Part shown: piece by piece, positions 50,398 to 59,688 of the stretch
How the letters are laid out: each line of letters begins with the position of its first letter
How positions within the stretch are numbered: position 1 is the first letter of the stretch
NCBI GenBank assembly: GCA_945952225.1
Contig: CAMFHP010000008.1
Span: 1,798-65,797, forward strand
Reading direction: 5' to 3'
DNA: 64,000 nt
From: an uncultured Myxococcaceae bacterium
GTDB lineage: Bacteria > Myxococcota_A > Polyangia > Polyangiales > Ga0077539
Made by a program: the position numbers and the translations under genes
The notes under the pieces: generated by a model
The model's database searches: none
The model's input: only the letters and a program-made list of their open reading frames with translations
What the model was told of the DNA's origin: nothing

Positions 50398-52251
50398 TCA
50401 GTGCGCGTGGGGCTCGCTGCGATCGCCGGGCTCGGCGGGCGCCATCGCGGCGAACCACGCGCGAGGCCCGAGTCGCACGAGGCTTCGCACGAGCACGGCC
50501 GCGAGAAACGCCGCGCAGGCGAGCTCCCACCACGCGTGCGTGTGGGCCACGAGGTGGTGCATCTCGGGCACCGCACTTCGGGGCACGAGCGCGTTCACGG
50601 CCACCCCCAGCAGCACCGACGCCGTGAGGCTCGCGAACGCATAGGCGAGCGCCGCGCGGTTGCCGAGCGCGCGACGGATCGCGGCGATCACCGGGAGGTT
50701 CGTTCCTGGCGCCACGAGCACGAACGCGAGCGCAGCGCCCACGGAGGCGCCCTTGTGCACGAGCATCGCCGCGAAGGGCGTCGCCCCCTGCGCGCACATG
50801 TACAGCGGAACGCCCGCGAGCGCGGCGACCACCACGTCGAGCGGCGCGCCGAGCGAGGCGATGCGCGCGGGGTCGATCGCGGCTTCGAAGGCCGCGGCGA
50901 GACAGAGACCCACCACGTACCAGGCCGCCACGTGGTCGAGGGTCGGGCCCACCGCGCGGCGCAGCGCGTAGCGCACGCGACCGGCGTGGTCCGCGGGCGG
51001 AAGCTCATCGGCGGGCGTGTCGCGCCATCGCAGCACGGGGCGCATGAGGGCCTTCGCGGGCGCCGCGCGGAGTGACACGCGCATGGTCACGTTGCGCGCG
51101 CTCCACGCGACGACGAGGGCCACGACGACGGCCACCGCGAGGCCCGACGCGATGCGCGCCACCGCGAGCGGAGCGCCCAGCAGTCGGAACGAGAACACGG
51201 CGCCGCCCACGTCGACGGCGGGCGTTCCTGCGGCGAAGGCGGCGACGGCGGCGACGGGCACACCCGCCGCGAGGAGGCTGCGCACGAGCGGGAGCACGCC
51301 GCACGAACACTGCGGCAGCGGCACACCGAAGACCACACCGCGGAGGGCCTGCGAGAGCGACGCGCCGCCGCTCAGCCATCCCGCCACACGCCGCGGAACC
51401 CACGTCTGCACCGCGCTCGCCGCGAGGAGCCCCACGAGCATCGACGGCGCGGTCTCGACGAAGAGCGGCCCCAGCGACTCGACGAACGACAGCTCGTGCG
51501 GCCGCGCGTGGCGCAGCACGCTGTCGGGGTCGGGGATCCACGTCGCGAGGCCCACTCCCCCGAGAAAGGCCGCGGCCGAGAGGGCCTTCGTGCCCGCCGT
51601 GGGTGACACCCTTCCGTGGCGATGCGTGGCGAGTCGCAACATCGCGCCGATGCCGAAGGCCGCCACCGCGTCGAACACCGCGTCGGGAATGCGCGCGAGC
51701 AACGCGCTGCCGAGGAGCGCGCCCACCACCGTCGCCGACGCCACGAGCGCGAGCCGCGGAATCGCGCGACGCCACCCCATCGCGGGCACGAGCGCCGTCG
51801 CGAGAAAGAGCCCCTCGGGCAGTCGATGAAGCACCAGCGCGACGCCGAGGCCCGCGCTCACCGACCCGTGGTGCTCGCCCGCGGCCGTGGCCATCGCGAG
51901 CCCCGCCCCATCACCGAGCGCGTGCACCACGAGGGCCGGGAGCACCACCGCCGCGCCGAGGCGGTCGTCGTCGTGGTGCGCGCGACGGTCGGCGAACCAC
52001 AGCACGCCGTAGCCCAGCGCGACGAGCGCGAGCCCCGCGGCGCCCACCTCGTCGACCACGTGGGGCACGAGGTGGAGCAGCAGGAGGGCGGGCACCACGC
52101 CCAGCGTGAAGCCGTCGATGAACGACGACGGCGCGCGGCGGCCGCGTCCCCACGCGACGAGGAGCGGTCCCACCGCGAACCCCATCAGCGACAGGAGGAG
52201 CACCGGCCCGAGCACGGCGGCGGTTCTGCCCTCGCGTGCGCGAATTCGCAA
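50398..52251 (-). CDS. fusion membrane transporter: ZIP-like N-terminal half and DUF318/ArsP-type permease C-terminal half
   Basis: ZIP-like 'HALGDGAGLAMA' and 'HRLPEGLFLA'. Permease half has 'PLPQCSCGVLPLV' and 'GVPLYMCAQGATPFAAMLVHKGASVGAALAFVLVAPGTNLPV'. The ORF-track start is TTG, so the start is uncertain. Confidence 0.8.
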   Translation of the reverse strand: MRIRAREGRTAAVLGPVLLLSLMGFAVGPLLVAWGRGRRAPSSFIDGFTLGVVPALLLLHLVPHVVDEVGAAGLALVALGYGVLWFADRRAHHDDDRLGAAVVLPALVVHALGDGAGLAMATAAGEHHGSVSAGLGVALVLHRLPEGLFLATALVPAMGWRRAIPRLALVASATVVGALLGSALLARIPDAVFDAVAAFGIGAMLRLATHRHGRVSPTAGTKALSAAAFLGGVGLATWIPDPDSVLRHARPHELSFVESLGPLFVETAPSMLVGLLAASAVQTWVPRRVAGWLSGGASLSQALRGVVFGVPLPQCSCGVLPLVRSLLAAGVPVAAVAAFAAGTPAVDVGGAVFSFRLLGAPLAVARIASGLAVAVVVALVVAWSARNVTMRVSLRAAPAKALMRPVLRWRDTPADELPPADHAGRVRYALRRAVGPTLDHVAAWYVVGLCLAAAFEAAIDPARIASLGAPLDVVVAALAGVPLYMCAQGATPFAAMLVHKGASVGAALAFVLVAPGTNLPVIAAIRRALGNRAALAYAFASLTASVLLGVAVNALVPRSAVPEMHHLVAHTHAWWELACAAFLAAVLVRSLVRLGPRAWFAAMAPAEPGDRSEPHAH

Positions 52252-52296
52252 CAGAGATACGTCTACGAAATCGCCCGACGCGCGCGGCGGTGGCGC

Positions 52297-52743
52297 TCAG
52301 GCGCAGCGGTCGCAGCGGCCCTTGAGCTGGATCTCGACCTCGCGGCCCTTCAGCGAACGCGGCGCGCCGCGCGTCGAGTGGAGCTCGACGATCTCGTCGG
52401 GGAGGCACTGCACGTCGCCGCACTCGTCGCAGACGAAGTGGGGATGGCGCTTCTCTTCGTGCGAGCGCACGTCGTCGGCGCGGAGTTCGAAGCGCCACAC
52501 GTGATCGCCCACGTCGGTGCGCCGCAGGAGCCCGGCCTCCGTGAGGTCGGTGAGGTTGCGGTAGATCGTCGCGCGATCCCACTGGGGCGCGAGCGCTTCG
52601 GCGAGCTCGCCGTGCGTCACCGGCGACGTGGCCGCCGAGAGGCGCTGGAGCACCGCCACGCGCGGCGACGTCACGCGGAGGCCCGACGCGCGGATCTTCT
52701 CGCGGAGCTCATCGAGCGAAGGCGTCGTTCGCGGTCGCACCAT
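52297..52743 (-). CDS. Fur family transcriptional regulator (Zur-like)
   Basis: 'GLRVTSPRVAVLQ', 'ATIYRNLTDLTEAGLL', 'HPHFVCDECG...C' and a C-terminal 'GRCDRC' structural Zn site. Confidence 0.9.
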   Translation of the reverse strand: MVRPRTTPSLDELREKIRASGLRVTSPRVAVLQRLSAATSPVTHGELAEALAPQWDRATIYRNLTDLTEAGLLRRTDVGDHVWRFELRADDVRSHEEKRHPHFVCDECGDVQCLPDEIVELHSTRGAPRSLKGREVEIQLKGRCDRCA

Positions 52744-52799
52744 CGGCCGACGGTTCTAGTACCAACCCGCACCGCGGCGCAATGGCGGCGCCCGCGCGC

Positions 52800-54164
52800 T
52801 CAGCGACGCGCGCGTCGACGACGGAGCGCCGCGAGCGCCAACGCCACGAGCGCGACGAGCGGCGAGCGCGTCGGGAGACCCGGCGTGCGGCATCCGCAGG
52901 TGGTGTCGGGAGGCGCAGGCGTGGCTGCATCGGGCGCTGCGTCGAAGGCCGCGTCGCGTGCGGCATCGCGCGGAACGTCGGCGGTGGCGTCGCGCGCGCC
53001 GCTGTCGAACACGGGCGCCGAGGCGTCGGGCTCCGGCGCTTCGAGCATGCGCTGCAAGAGGGGCCAGCGCTCGACGCAGATGTCCGCGCCCTCGGAGCGC
53101 TGCGTGCACGTGGGCGGGCCCACGAAGGCGTCGAAGTTCGAGAAGTTCACGACGGTCGAGAAGCTGCGTCCGCCGTCGGACGAACGGCCGAGCGCGAAGG
53201 GCTGGTTGATCCAGTCGGAGCACGCCCACAGCGTGCCCGCGTGCTGACGCAGACACAGCACGGGCAGCGGGTTCACCTGTCGGAAGGTCTCGCCGCCGTC
53301 GTCGCTGCGCTGGAGCCCCTCGGCGATGCTCCCGTACCAGACCGTGCGGCCGTCGTCGGAGATCGCGAAGCCCAGCATCGGGTCGCGCGCCATCGCCACG
53401 CGTTCGAAGCGCATGCCGCCGTCGCGTGAGCGCAGGAGCTCCGTGCCCAGACCCGCGGCCGCGCGCACGAACACCACGTCGGGGTTCGTCGGATCGACGC
53501 CGCTCACCCAGAGCGAGTCGTAGGTTCCGCCGTCGCCCGTGAGCGCGCGCATCGTGGCGCCGCCGTCGTCGCTGCGAAAGAACACGGGCGCGAAGCCCTC
53601 CTCGCGGCGCCCCGTGAGGTAGAGCCGCATCGGGTCCGAGGGCGCGACCTCGATCGTGTCGAAGGCCACGCCCGCGACCCCATCGCCCACACGGCGAAAC
53701 GCGCCCGTCATCGTGTCGCCGCGAAACACCGCGTTCACGCCCGACTGCGCGCCCTCGATGGCGTAGGCCACCGTGCCCGCAGGCGTGGTCGTGAGGTCGG
53801 CGAAGAAGCGCCCGCGCACGCTCTCGACCTCGTCGTGCTTGCACGCGTCGAAGGTCGTGCGGAGGCCCTCTTCGTACGCGTAGAGCACGGTGCCGCCCGC
53901 GGTCACCTCGATGGGCGCGTCGTAGTTGAACGCGGGCACGAGCGGGTAGTAGAGCCCCTCCTCGCACATCCACGCGAAGGTGCGGCCGCCGTTGCGGCTC
54001 AGGAGCAGACCGAAGGTCGTGCGGAGGGCGATCACGTCGCTCGACGGGCCGGGGCCCACGACGACGTGCTGCGCGGTGGGAAAGCGTCCGTTGGCCTGCG
54101 AGGCAGACGACGCCGCGGCGAGCGAGAGGGCGGCGGCGAGGGCGACGATGCGGGCGGTGCGCAT
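52800..54164 (-). CDS. BNR/Asp-box repeat (sialidase-like beta-propeller) protein with MYXO-CTERM tail
   Basis: Start chosen at 'MRTARIVALAAALSLAAASSASQA'. Repeated 'S.DGG.TF/ S.NGGRTF / SRDGGMRF / SDDGGETF / SSDGGRSF' boxes. The tail is 'TTCGCRTPGLP...LVALVALALAALRRRRARR'. Confidence 0.8.
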   Translation of the reverse strand: MRTARIVALAAALSLAAASSASQANGRFPTAQHVVVGPGPSSDVIALRTTFGLLLSRNGGRTFAWMCEEGLYYPLVPAFNYDAPIEVTAGGTVLYAYEEGLRTTFDACKHDEVESVRGRFFADLTTTPAGTVAYAIEGAQSGVNAVFRGDTMTGAFRRVGDGVAGVAFDTIEVAPSDPMRLYLTGRREEGFAPVFFRSDDGGATMRALTGDGGTYDSLWVSGVDPTNPDVVFVRAAAGLGTELLRSRDGGMRFERVAMARDPMLGFAISDDGRTVWYGSIAEGLQRSDDGGETFRQVNPLPVLCLRQHAGTLWACSDWINQPFALGRSSDGGRSFSTVVNFSNFDAFVGPPTCTQRSEGADICVERWPLLQRMLEAPEPDASAPVFDSGARDATADVPRDAARDAAFDAAPDAATPAPPDTTCGCRTPGLPTRSPLVALVALALAALRRRRARR

Positions 54165-54272
54165 GAGGCGCGGGACTATGGGTGACGGCCCCGCGCGATT
54201 GCAACCCGCCACGGCGCGCGCGGCGAAACACCCGCTGCCCGCGCGCGACGCCCTGCGGTAGAGGTGCGGCCC

Positions 54273-55031
54273 ATGGCCGACCCGACCGTGCACACCGTGG
54301 TGTTCCTGCACTCGTTTCCGATGGACCGCGCGATGTGGGACGCGCAGCGCGCCGCGGTGGAATCCGACGGACACCGCGCGCTCGCCCTCGACCTCGCGGG
54401 CTTCGGCGACGCACCGCTCCCGCCCGACGCCGCGCCCACGATCGAGACCTACGCCGCGCAGGTGCTCTCCACGCTCGATGCACACGGCGTGGCGCGCGCG
54501 GTCTTCGTGGGCCTCTCGCTCGGCGGCTACGTCGCGCTCTGCATCGCCTCCATGGCCCCTGCGCGCGTCGCGGCCCTCGTGCTCGCCGACACGCGCAGCG
54601 CCGCCGACGACCCGCCCACGCGCGCGGGACGCATCATCAACCTCTCGCTCGTGCGCGACCGCGGCGTCGAAGCCCTCTTCGACAAGATGCGCCCGATGCT
54701 CCTCGCGCCGGACCACGACCCCGCGGTGGCGACGCAGCTCCGCGCGATGGCGCTCCGTCAACGCCCGGAGTCCGTGGCCTTCGCGCTCGTCGCGATGCGC
54801 GACCGGCCCGACCGTGGCGCCGTGCTCGATGCGTTCGCCGCACCGACGCTCGTGCTCGTGGGAGACCGTGACGTCATCACACCGCCCGCGGAGATGACCG
54901 CCATGGCCGCGCGGATGCGCGACGCGCGCGTCGAGGTGCTCGAAGGCGCGGGACACCTCTCGAACCTCGAACGGCCCGAGGGCTTCAACCGCGCGCTGCG
55001 GGCGTTCCTGCGCGGGCTGCCGGGCGCGTAG
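54273..55031 (+). CDS. alpha/beta hydrolase
   Basis: GAGG RBS before ATG 54273. 'VVFLHSFPMD', nucleophile elbow 'GLSLGG', and 'GAGHLSNLERPEGF'. Confidence 0.8.
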   Translation: MADPTVHTVVFLHSFPMDRAMWDAQRAAVESDGHRALALDLAGFGDAPLPPDAAPTIETYAAQVLSTLDAHGVARAVFVGLSLGGYVALCIASMAPARVAALVLADTRSAADDPPTRAGRIINLSLVRDRGVEALFDKMRPMLLAPDHDPAVATQLRAMALRQRPESVAFALVAMRDRPDRGAVLDAFAAPTLVLVGDRDVITPPAEMTAMAARMRDARVEVLEGAGHLSNLERPEGFNRALRAFLRGLPGA

Positions 55032-55335
55032 CGCGCTCGCGTTCGAGCTTCGCGATCCGGGCGTCGACGCGGTCGAGGTGCGAGGTCGAGAAGTGCCGGT
55101 CGACGAAGCGTCCGACGCCGAAGAGGGCCGCGAGGGCGCAGAACACCTCGGTGCGTTCGGGCGCGCCGAGCCAGGCCTTCAGCGCCCAGCCCACGCCGTA
55201 CCCGAGCCCGAAGCACACGATCGCGATGGGAAAGAGCGCGGCGTAGCGGTTGGTCTCCCACCAGGTGATGCGGTCGAGGAGCCGCTGGCGCTCGGCGCGC
55301 GCGAGGGTCAGGGGGTCGTTCACGTCGTCGGCCAT
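54985..55335 (-). CDS. hypothetical small membrane protein (116 aa)
   Basis: Start chosen at 'MADDVNDPLTLARAE'. High GC3 and two hydrophobic helices. Its 3' end overlaps the convergent hydrolase gene by 47 nt. Confidence 0.5.
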   Translation of the reverse strand: MADDVNDPLTLARAERQRLLDRITWWETNRYAALFPIAIVCFGLGYGVGWALKAWLGAPERTEVFCALAALFGVGRFVDRHFSTSHLDRVDARIAKLERERATRPAARAGTPAARG

Positions 55336-55509
55336 CGCAGGGCGCGCGACTCTACACGCCGCGGCCCGCAGCGCCCACACCCCGACCGCGCAGGGCACCG
55401 CAGCGCGTCACCGTCGACGGGAGGCGACATGCGCGGAACACCGTCCACACAAGGGATTTTCGCGCAAATGCGTCGTGACCGTCGCGCGAGGTGCGTTACC
55501 GTCGCGGCC

Positions 55510-57285
55510 ATGCGAACCGCGATGCGACTCGTCTCTCTGGTCACCCTCGCCTCGTGCGCTGCGATGTCGTGCAGCGACGGCGGCACGTCTCCGACGCCGA
55601 CGCCTTCGCAAGACGGCGGCGTGTGCACGCCCGACCGCGCGCAGTGGAACAGCACCGTGCGCGGCCTCGTCGCGCAGCAGTGCGGCGGGTGCCACGGCGA
55701 CACGCCCTCGTACGGCGCGCCCTACTCGCTGCTCGACTACGACGCGCTCCTTCGCGCGCGCACCGGCGGACGCCCCGTCGATCGCATCGCGGCGCGCATG
55801 ATGGCCGGCACCATGCCCCCGTCGGGCACGCCCGCGCCCACCGACGACGTGGCCCGCGCGATCGTGCAGTGGGCCACCTGCGGCGCGCAGACGCCGTCCG
55901 CGGGTCACGGCCTCCGCGCGACGCGCCCGGTGTTCCGCTCGCCCCCCACCGCGCCCTCGGGCATGGAGACCTGGGACCTCACCGCGCCGCAGTGGAGCGT
56001 CGGCCCCGACGTGCTCGACCGCTACCAGTGTTTCACCTTCGAGTTCCCCGGCACGACCGACCGCTTCGTGCGGCGCTTCGAACTCGTCGCCGACCAGCGC
56101 GCGGTGCTGCACCACGTGGTGCTCCTCCGCGACAACAACCGCGTGGCCCCGACGACGCCGTTCGAGTGCGGGAGCATGCCCGAGGGCAGCGACTACCTCT
56201 ACGCCTGGGCGCCCGGTCAGGACGCGCTCCAGTTCCCCGAGGGCGGGCTTCGCATCACGCCGGGGCAGCGCCTCGTGATGCAGATCCATTACAACAACGG
56301 ACAGCACCTCCCGAACCTCCGCGACAGCTCGGGCCTGCGCCTCTACCACACGGCGCCGAGCGGCACGGAGTACGGCATGGTCGCGCTCGGTCCGCTCGCC
56401 TTCCAGATCCCCGCGCGCTCCACGGGTCAGACGGCGAGCGCGTGCACCGTCACCCGCGAGTCGCGGATGCTCGCGGGCATGCCGCACATGCACCAGTTCG
56501 GCTCGACCTTCACCGAAGAGATCGTGCGCGCCGACAACTCGCGCGAGTCGCTCATCGGCATCCAGGGATGGCAGTTCGCGTCGCAGCTCTTCTACGACTT
56601 CAGCACCCCGCTCCACCCCGGCGACCGCATCGAGACGCAGTGCGTGTTCGACAACACCACCACGTCGACGGTGCGCAGCGGCGGACGCACGAGCGACGAG
56701 ATGTGCTTCAACTTCGCGTACATCACGCCGCCCCCGTCGGAGCGCTACTGCGACCAGCCCGTGGGCTCGCCCGAGACGGTGCCGTACACCCCGGGCATGT
56801 GCGCGATCCCCGCGGCGCCCACGGACATCGCCACGGTGTCGGGCCGCGCGATGGTCGCTGCCGCGCCCGCCCTCGCCGGCGGCACGCTGCGCGACGGACG
56901 CTGGGAGCTCCAGGGCGTCACCTGGTATCTGAACTCGGGCATGGTGGGCACGAGCACCACGATCAACCTCGACGAGACCTCGCTCCACGCGCGCGGCCAG
57001 GTGTGGATCAACGGCACGCAGATCAACGCCGACCTCGTGACCCGTCTCAACCTCACGCTCGTCGGCGGCGCGCGCCTCTCGCGCGACCTGCCCACCACCT
57101 TCGCGGGCGCCCTCGCGAGCGGCACCACCTCGCCGCTGCGCCTCACGGCCTCGTGCCCGAGCTCTGGCGCGCCGCAGACCCTCGACTACGCCGTCGACGG
57201 CGACACGCTCACCGTGGGACCGCCCGCGCAGAACTACTCGGGGCTCATGGTCACGCCGCGCTACCAGTTCCGCTTCGTGCGCTGA
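55510..57285 (+). CDS. lipoprotein: heme-c (CxxCH) domain fused to a PHM/DBH-like type II copper monooxygenase and a C-terminal beta domain
   Basis: Lipobox 'LASC'. 'QCGGCHG' (55681-55695). 'VLHHVVLL' (aa 201-202), 'MQIHYNN' (H260), 'PHMHQFG' (H326/H328) and 'SDEMCFNF' (M398). The spacing (+58, +66, +70) is close to the PHM Cu ligands H107/108, H172, H242/244, M314. An alternative start lies at 55468. Confidence 0.8.
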   Translation: MRTAMRLVSLVTLASCAAMSCSDGGTSPTPTPSQDGGVCTPDRAQWNSTVRGLVAQQCGGCHGDTPSYGAPYSLLDYDALLRARTGGRPVDRIAARMMAGTMPPSGTPAPTDDVARAIVQWATCGAQTPSAGHGLRATRPVFRSPPTAPSGMETWDLTAPQWSVGPDVLDRYQCFTFEFPGTTDRFVRRFELVADQRAVLHHVVLLRDNNRVAPTTPFECGSMPEGSDYLYAWAPGQDALQFPEGGLRITPGQRLVMQIHYNNGQHLPNLRDSSGLRLYHTAPSGTEYGMVALGPLAFQIPARSTGQTASACTVTRESRMLAGMPHMHQFGSTFTEEIVRADNSRESLIGIQGWQFASQLFYDFSTPLHPGDRIETQCVFDNTTTSTVRSGGRTSDEMCFNFAYITPPPSERYCDQPVGSPETVPYTPGMCAIPAAPTDIATVSGRAMVAAAPALAGGTLRDGRWELQGVTWYLNSGMVGTSTTINLDETSLHARGQVWINGTQINADLVTRLNLTLVGGARLSRDLPTTFAGALASGTTSPLRLTASCPSSGAPQTLDYAVDGDTLTVGPPAQNYSGLMVTPRYQFRFVR

Positions 57286-57325
57286 GCGCCGCCCCACGCC
57301 GCGCTCGCGCATCGAACGCCTGCGC

Positions 57326-58945
57326 ATGAAGAAGCTCGTCTCGCTCTGCACCCTCAACAGCCTCCCCGACCGACGCGCGCAGCTCGTGAAGGGCCCCGAC
57401 GGACGCCGCTACGCGTGCGTGCGCCGCGGGTCGCGCGTCGACCTCCTCGACGATCGCTGCCCGCATGAGGGCCATCCGCTCTCGATGGGGCTCGTGCGCG
57501 ACGGCGTGCTCACCTGTCAGTGGCACAACTGGAAGTTCTCCCTCGACGACGGCGCGTGCCTCCGCGGCGGCGAGCACGTGGCCCGCTACGACGCGGAGGT
57601 GCACGACGGCGAGGTGTTCTTCGATCCGCGCCTCGACGACGACGACCGACGGGCGCGCATCCGTCACGACCTCGAACGCGCCCTCGAACGTGCGCAGGCC
57701 GACGGCGCCACGCGCGAGGCGCTCCGTCTGCTGCCCTTTGAGGGCGGGCTCGACGAGGCCGTCGACGCGATGGTGCGCCACGCGATGGACCGCGACGGAT
57801 GCGCCATCGCAGGCCACGCGCGCGCCGCGCTCTCGCTCCGCGACGCGGGTGTGCTCGACGACGCGGACGCCCTCGCCGTGCTCGCATCTGCGGCCGTGCG
57901 CGAAGGCGGATTGCGCGCGGTAGCGCCCTCCCCTGTGGCGCCCTCCCCCGCGACGCGCGCTGCGACCCTCGACGACGGCGAGGCCGTGCTCCTGGCGCTC
58001 CTCGATGAGCGCGTCGACGAGGCCGAGTCGTACGCGCGCGGAGTGCCGCCTTCCCACGCGATGCGCGCCCTCGACGCGTGGCTCATGCCCTGGGCCGCCC
58101 TCAAGCTCTGGAACGGCGGCGCCACCCTCGCCGCACTCGCCGACACGCGCGCCGTCGCGGCGCACCTCACCGACGGCACGCGCACGGCCTCGCTCGCGGC
58201 GCTCACCCGCGGCCTCGGCGTGGCGGTGGCCGAGAGCGACCTCCCGCCGTGGCGACACACGCGCAAGGCGCTGCTCGAAGCGCGCGTGATCCAACCGGGA
58301 ACCGCGGCCCTCGACGACGCCGAGGCCCTCGCGCGCGACGCGCTCACCTCCGAGGGGCAGGGGCTCCATGCGACGCTCATCGCGCTCGACGCGGGCGCGT
58401 CTCCCGCCGCGGTGCTCACCGTGCTCGCGCGCACCGCCGCCGAACGCGCCGCCACCTGGAACGTCGCCCACTCGCGCGACGATCACCGCGACGTGCGCGC
58501 CCTCGACGCGACGCGCGCGCTGCGCTTCTGCCGCGCGGCGCAGACCCTCGCGGGAGCGGTTCCCGGTACGCACTCCGTCGCCCACGCGGTGCTCGCCGCG
58601 GGCCTCGTGGGCAAGCTCCGACGGCACACCCACGTCGCCGAAACACCCGCCCGCGCGCACGGCGCCGACACCCTCGCCGACGCCCTCGCACGCCGCGACG
58701 GTGCGGCCCTCCGCGCGCTCGTGAACGACGGCGCGTCGCTCGCCGCGCTGACCCGCGCCGCAGCCCTCGACGGCGACGGATCGCACGCCCCCTTCGCCGC
58801 CGACTGCCACGCGATGGTGCGCGACGGAACGCTCACGGTCTCCGCGGCCCGCGACGCGATGGTGCGCGCGGTGTTCGAAGAGCCCCCGGCCTCGCTCGCA
58901 CGCCTCGCGGCGAGGGCGAAGCGCGCGGTCGAACGCACGCGTTGA
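57326..58945 (+). CDS. Rieske [2Fe-2S] domain protein with 430-aa helical C-terminal region of unknown function
   Basis: 'CPHEGHPL' followed 16 residues later by 'CQWHNWKF' (CxH...CxxH). It starts 40 nt downstream of the copper monooxygenase gene. Confidence 0.8.
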   Translation: MKKLVSLCTLNSLPDRRAQLVKGPDGRRYACVRRGSRVDLLDDRCPHEGHPLSMGLVRDGVLTCQWHNWKFSLDDGACLRGGEHVARYDAEVHDGEVFFDPRLDDDDRRARIRHDLERALERAQADGATREALRLLPFEGGLDEAVDAMVRHAMDRDGCAIAGHARAALSLRDAGVLDDADALAVLASAAVREGGLRAVAPSPVAPSPATRAATLDDGEAVLLALLDERVDEAESYARGVPPSHAMRALDAWLMPWAALKLWNGGATLAALADTRAVAAHLTDGTRTASLAALTRGLGVAVAESDLPPWRHTRKALLEARVIQPGTAALDDAEALARDALTSEGQGLHATLIALDAGASPAAVLTVLARTAAERAATWNVAHSRDDHRDVRALDATRALRFCRAAQTLAGAVPGTHSVAHAVLAAGLVGKLRRHTHVAETPARAHGADTLADALARRDGAALRALVNDGASLAALTRAAALDGDGSHAPFAADCHAMVRDGTLTVSAARDAMVRAVFEEPPASLARLAARAKRAVERTR

Positions 58946-58951
58946 CGACGG

Positions 58952-59578
58952 TCAGTCGGCGCGCTCCGCGGGCTTCGGATCGCGCGCCGCGAGCAGCGCC
59001 GCAGCCGCGAGGAGCGGCGCGAGCACGGCGTCGTAGAGCGCTTCGAACGAAGGCAGCGGACGCACCGTGGCGCGCTGCGAGGCGACGTTCATCGCGAGCG
59101 TGGCGAGGGCCGCGAGCGACCACCACCGCACGGCCTTCGGCGTCGCCTTCACGAGCAGCGCAACGGCACTGAGCGCCACCGCGCCGTCGAGCGCCGAGGC
59201 GAGGTTCGCGTAGGCGCCAGGGAGCCATCCAGCGCCCGCTGCGGAGAGCCGCGCGAGGCCCGCGAATCGCAGCACCGCGAGGCCGAGGGCGAACGCGGGA
59301 GACGACGCCACGAGCGCGCGCCGCAACGGGGATGGCGCCTGCGTCGCGAGCACCATCGCCGCGAGGGCCGCCGCGCCGTGCCACTCGCGGAGCATCCGCG
59401 CGTGGGCGAGCCACGTCGCGCCGCCGAGCCACCCGAGGAGCGCGAGCATCCACACGCCCGCGGCGACACGTTCGCGCGCGGCCTTCGCGGCGAGCAGGGG
59501 CGCGAGGCCCGCGAGCAGCGCGGCGGTGGCCGACGTGCCCAGTACGATCGCAAAGAACAGCCTGGCGCTCTCGGACAC
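58952..59578 (-). CDS. hypothetical polytopic membrane protein
   Basis: GTG start chosen at 'VSESARLFFAIVLGTSATAALLAGL'. There are six or more hydrophobic helices, and the upstream part of the ORF is Arg/His junk. Confidence 0.5.
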   Translation of the reverse strand: MSESARLFFAIVLGTSATAALLAGLAPLLAAKAARERVAAGVWMLALLGWLGGATWLAHARMLREWHGAAALAAMVLATQAPSPLRRALVASSPAFALGLAVLRFAGLARLSAAGAGWLPGAYANLASALDGAVALSAVALLVKATPKAVRWWSLAALATLAMNVASQRATVRPLPSFEALYDAVLAPLLAAAALLAARDPKPAERAD

Positions 59579-59688
59579 GGTGACGGTCTCTCTCGTAGCG
59601 CCGCGCGCACGGTGCCGCGGCGGGTGCGGGCGTATAGCGTGATGTTCCCCCTCCACGCGAGGGGCGCGTTGTGGGTAGTGTCGCGGCC

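Noticed and set aside
48900-50400. Looked for tRNA-Sec (selC), other tRNAs and in-frame TGA selenoprotein genes near selA and in all intergenic regions.
   Set aside because: No cloverleaf-compatible sequence with a GGTTCGA-type T-loop was found, and no pair of same-frame ORFs is separated by a single TGA. This needs tRNAscan-SE/Secmarker to be definitive.
52252-52296. A possible Fur/Zur box in the relatively AT-richer spacer 'AACAGAGATACGTCTACGAAATC' and upstream of the fur-family gene (52744-52799, 'GGTTCTAGTACCAACC').
   Set aside because: Only short, imperfect symmetry is present, and no 7-1-7 or 9-1-9 palindrome. This cannot be supported without a matrix search or EMSA.
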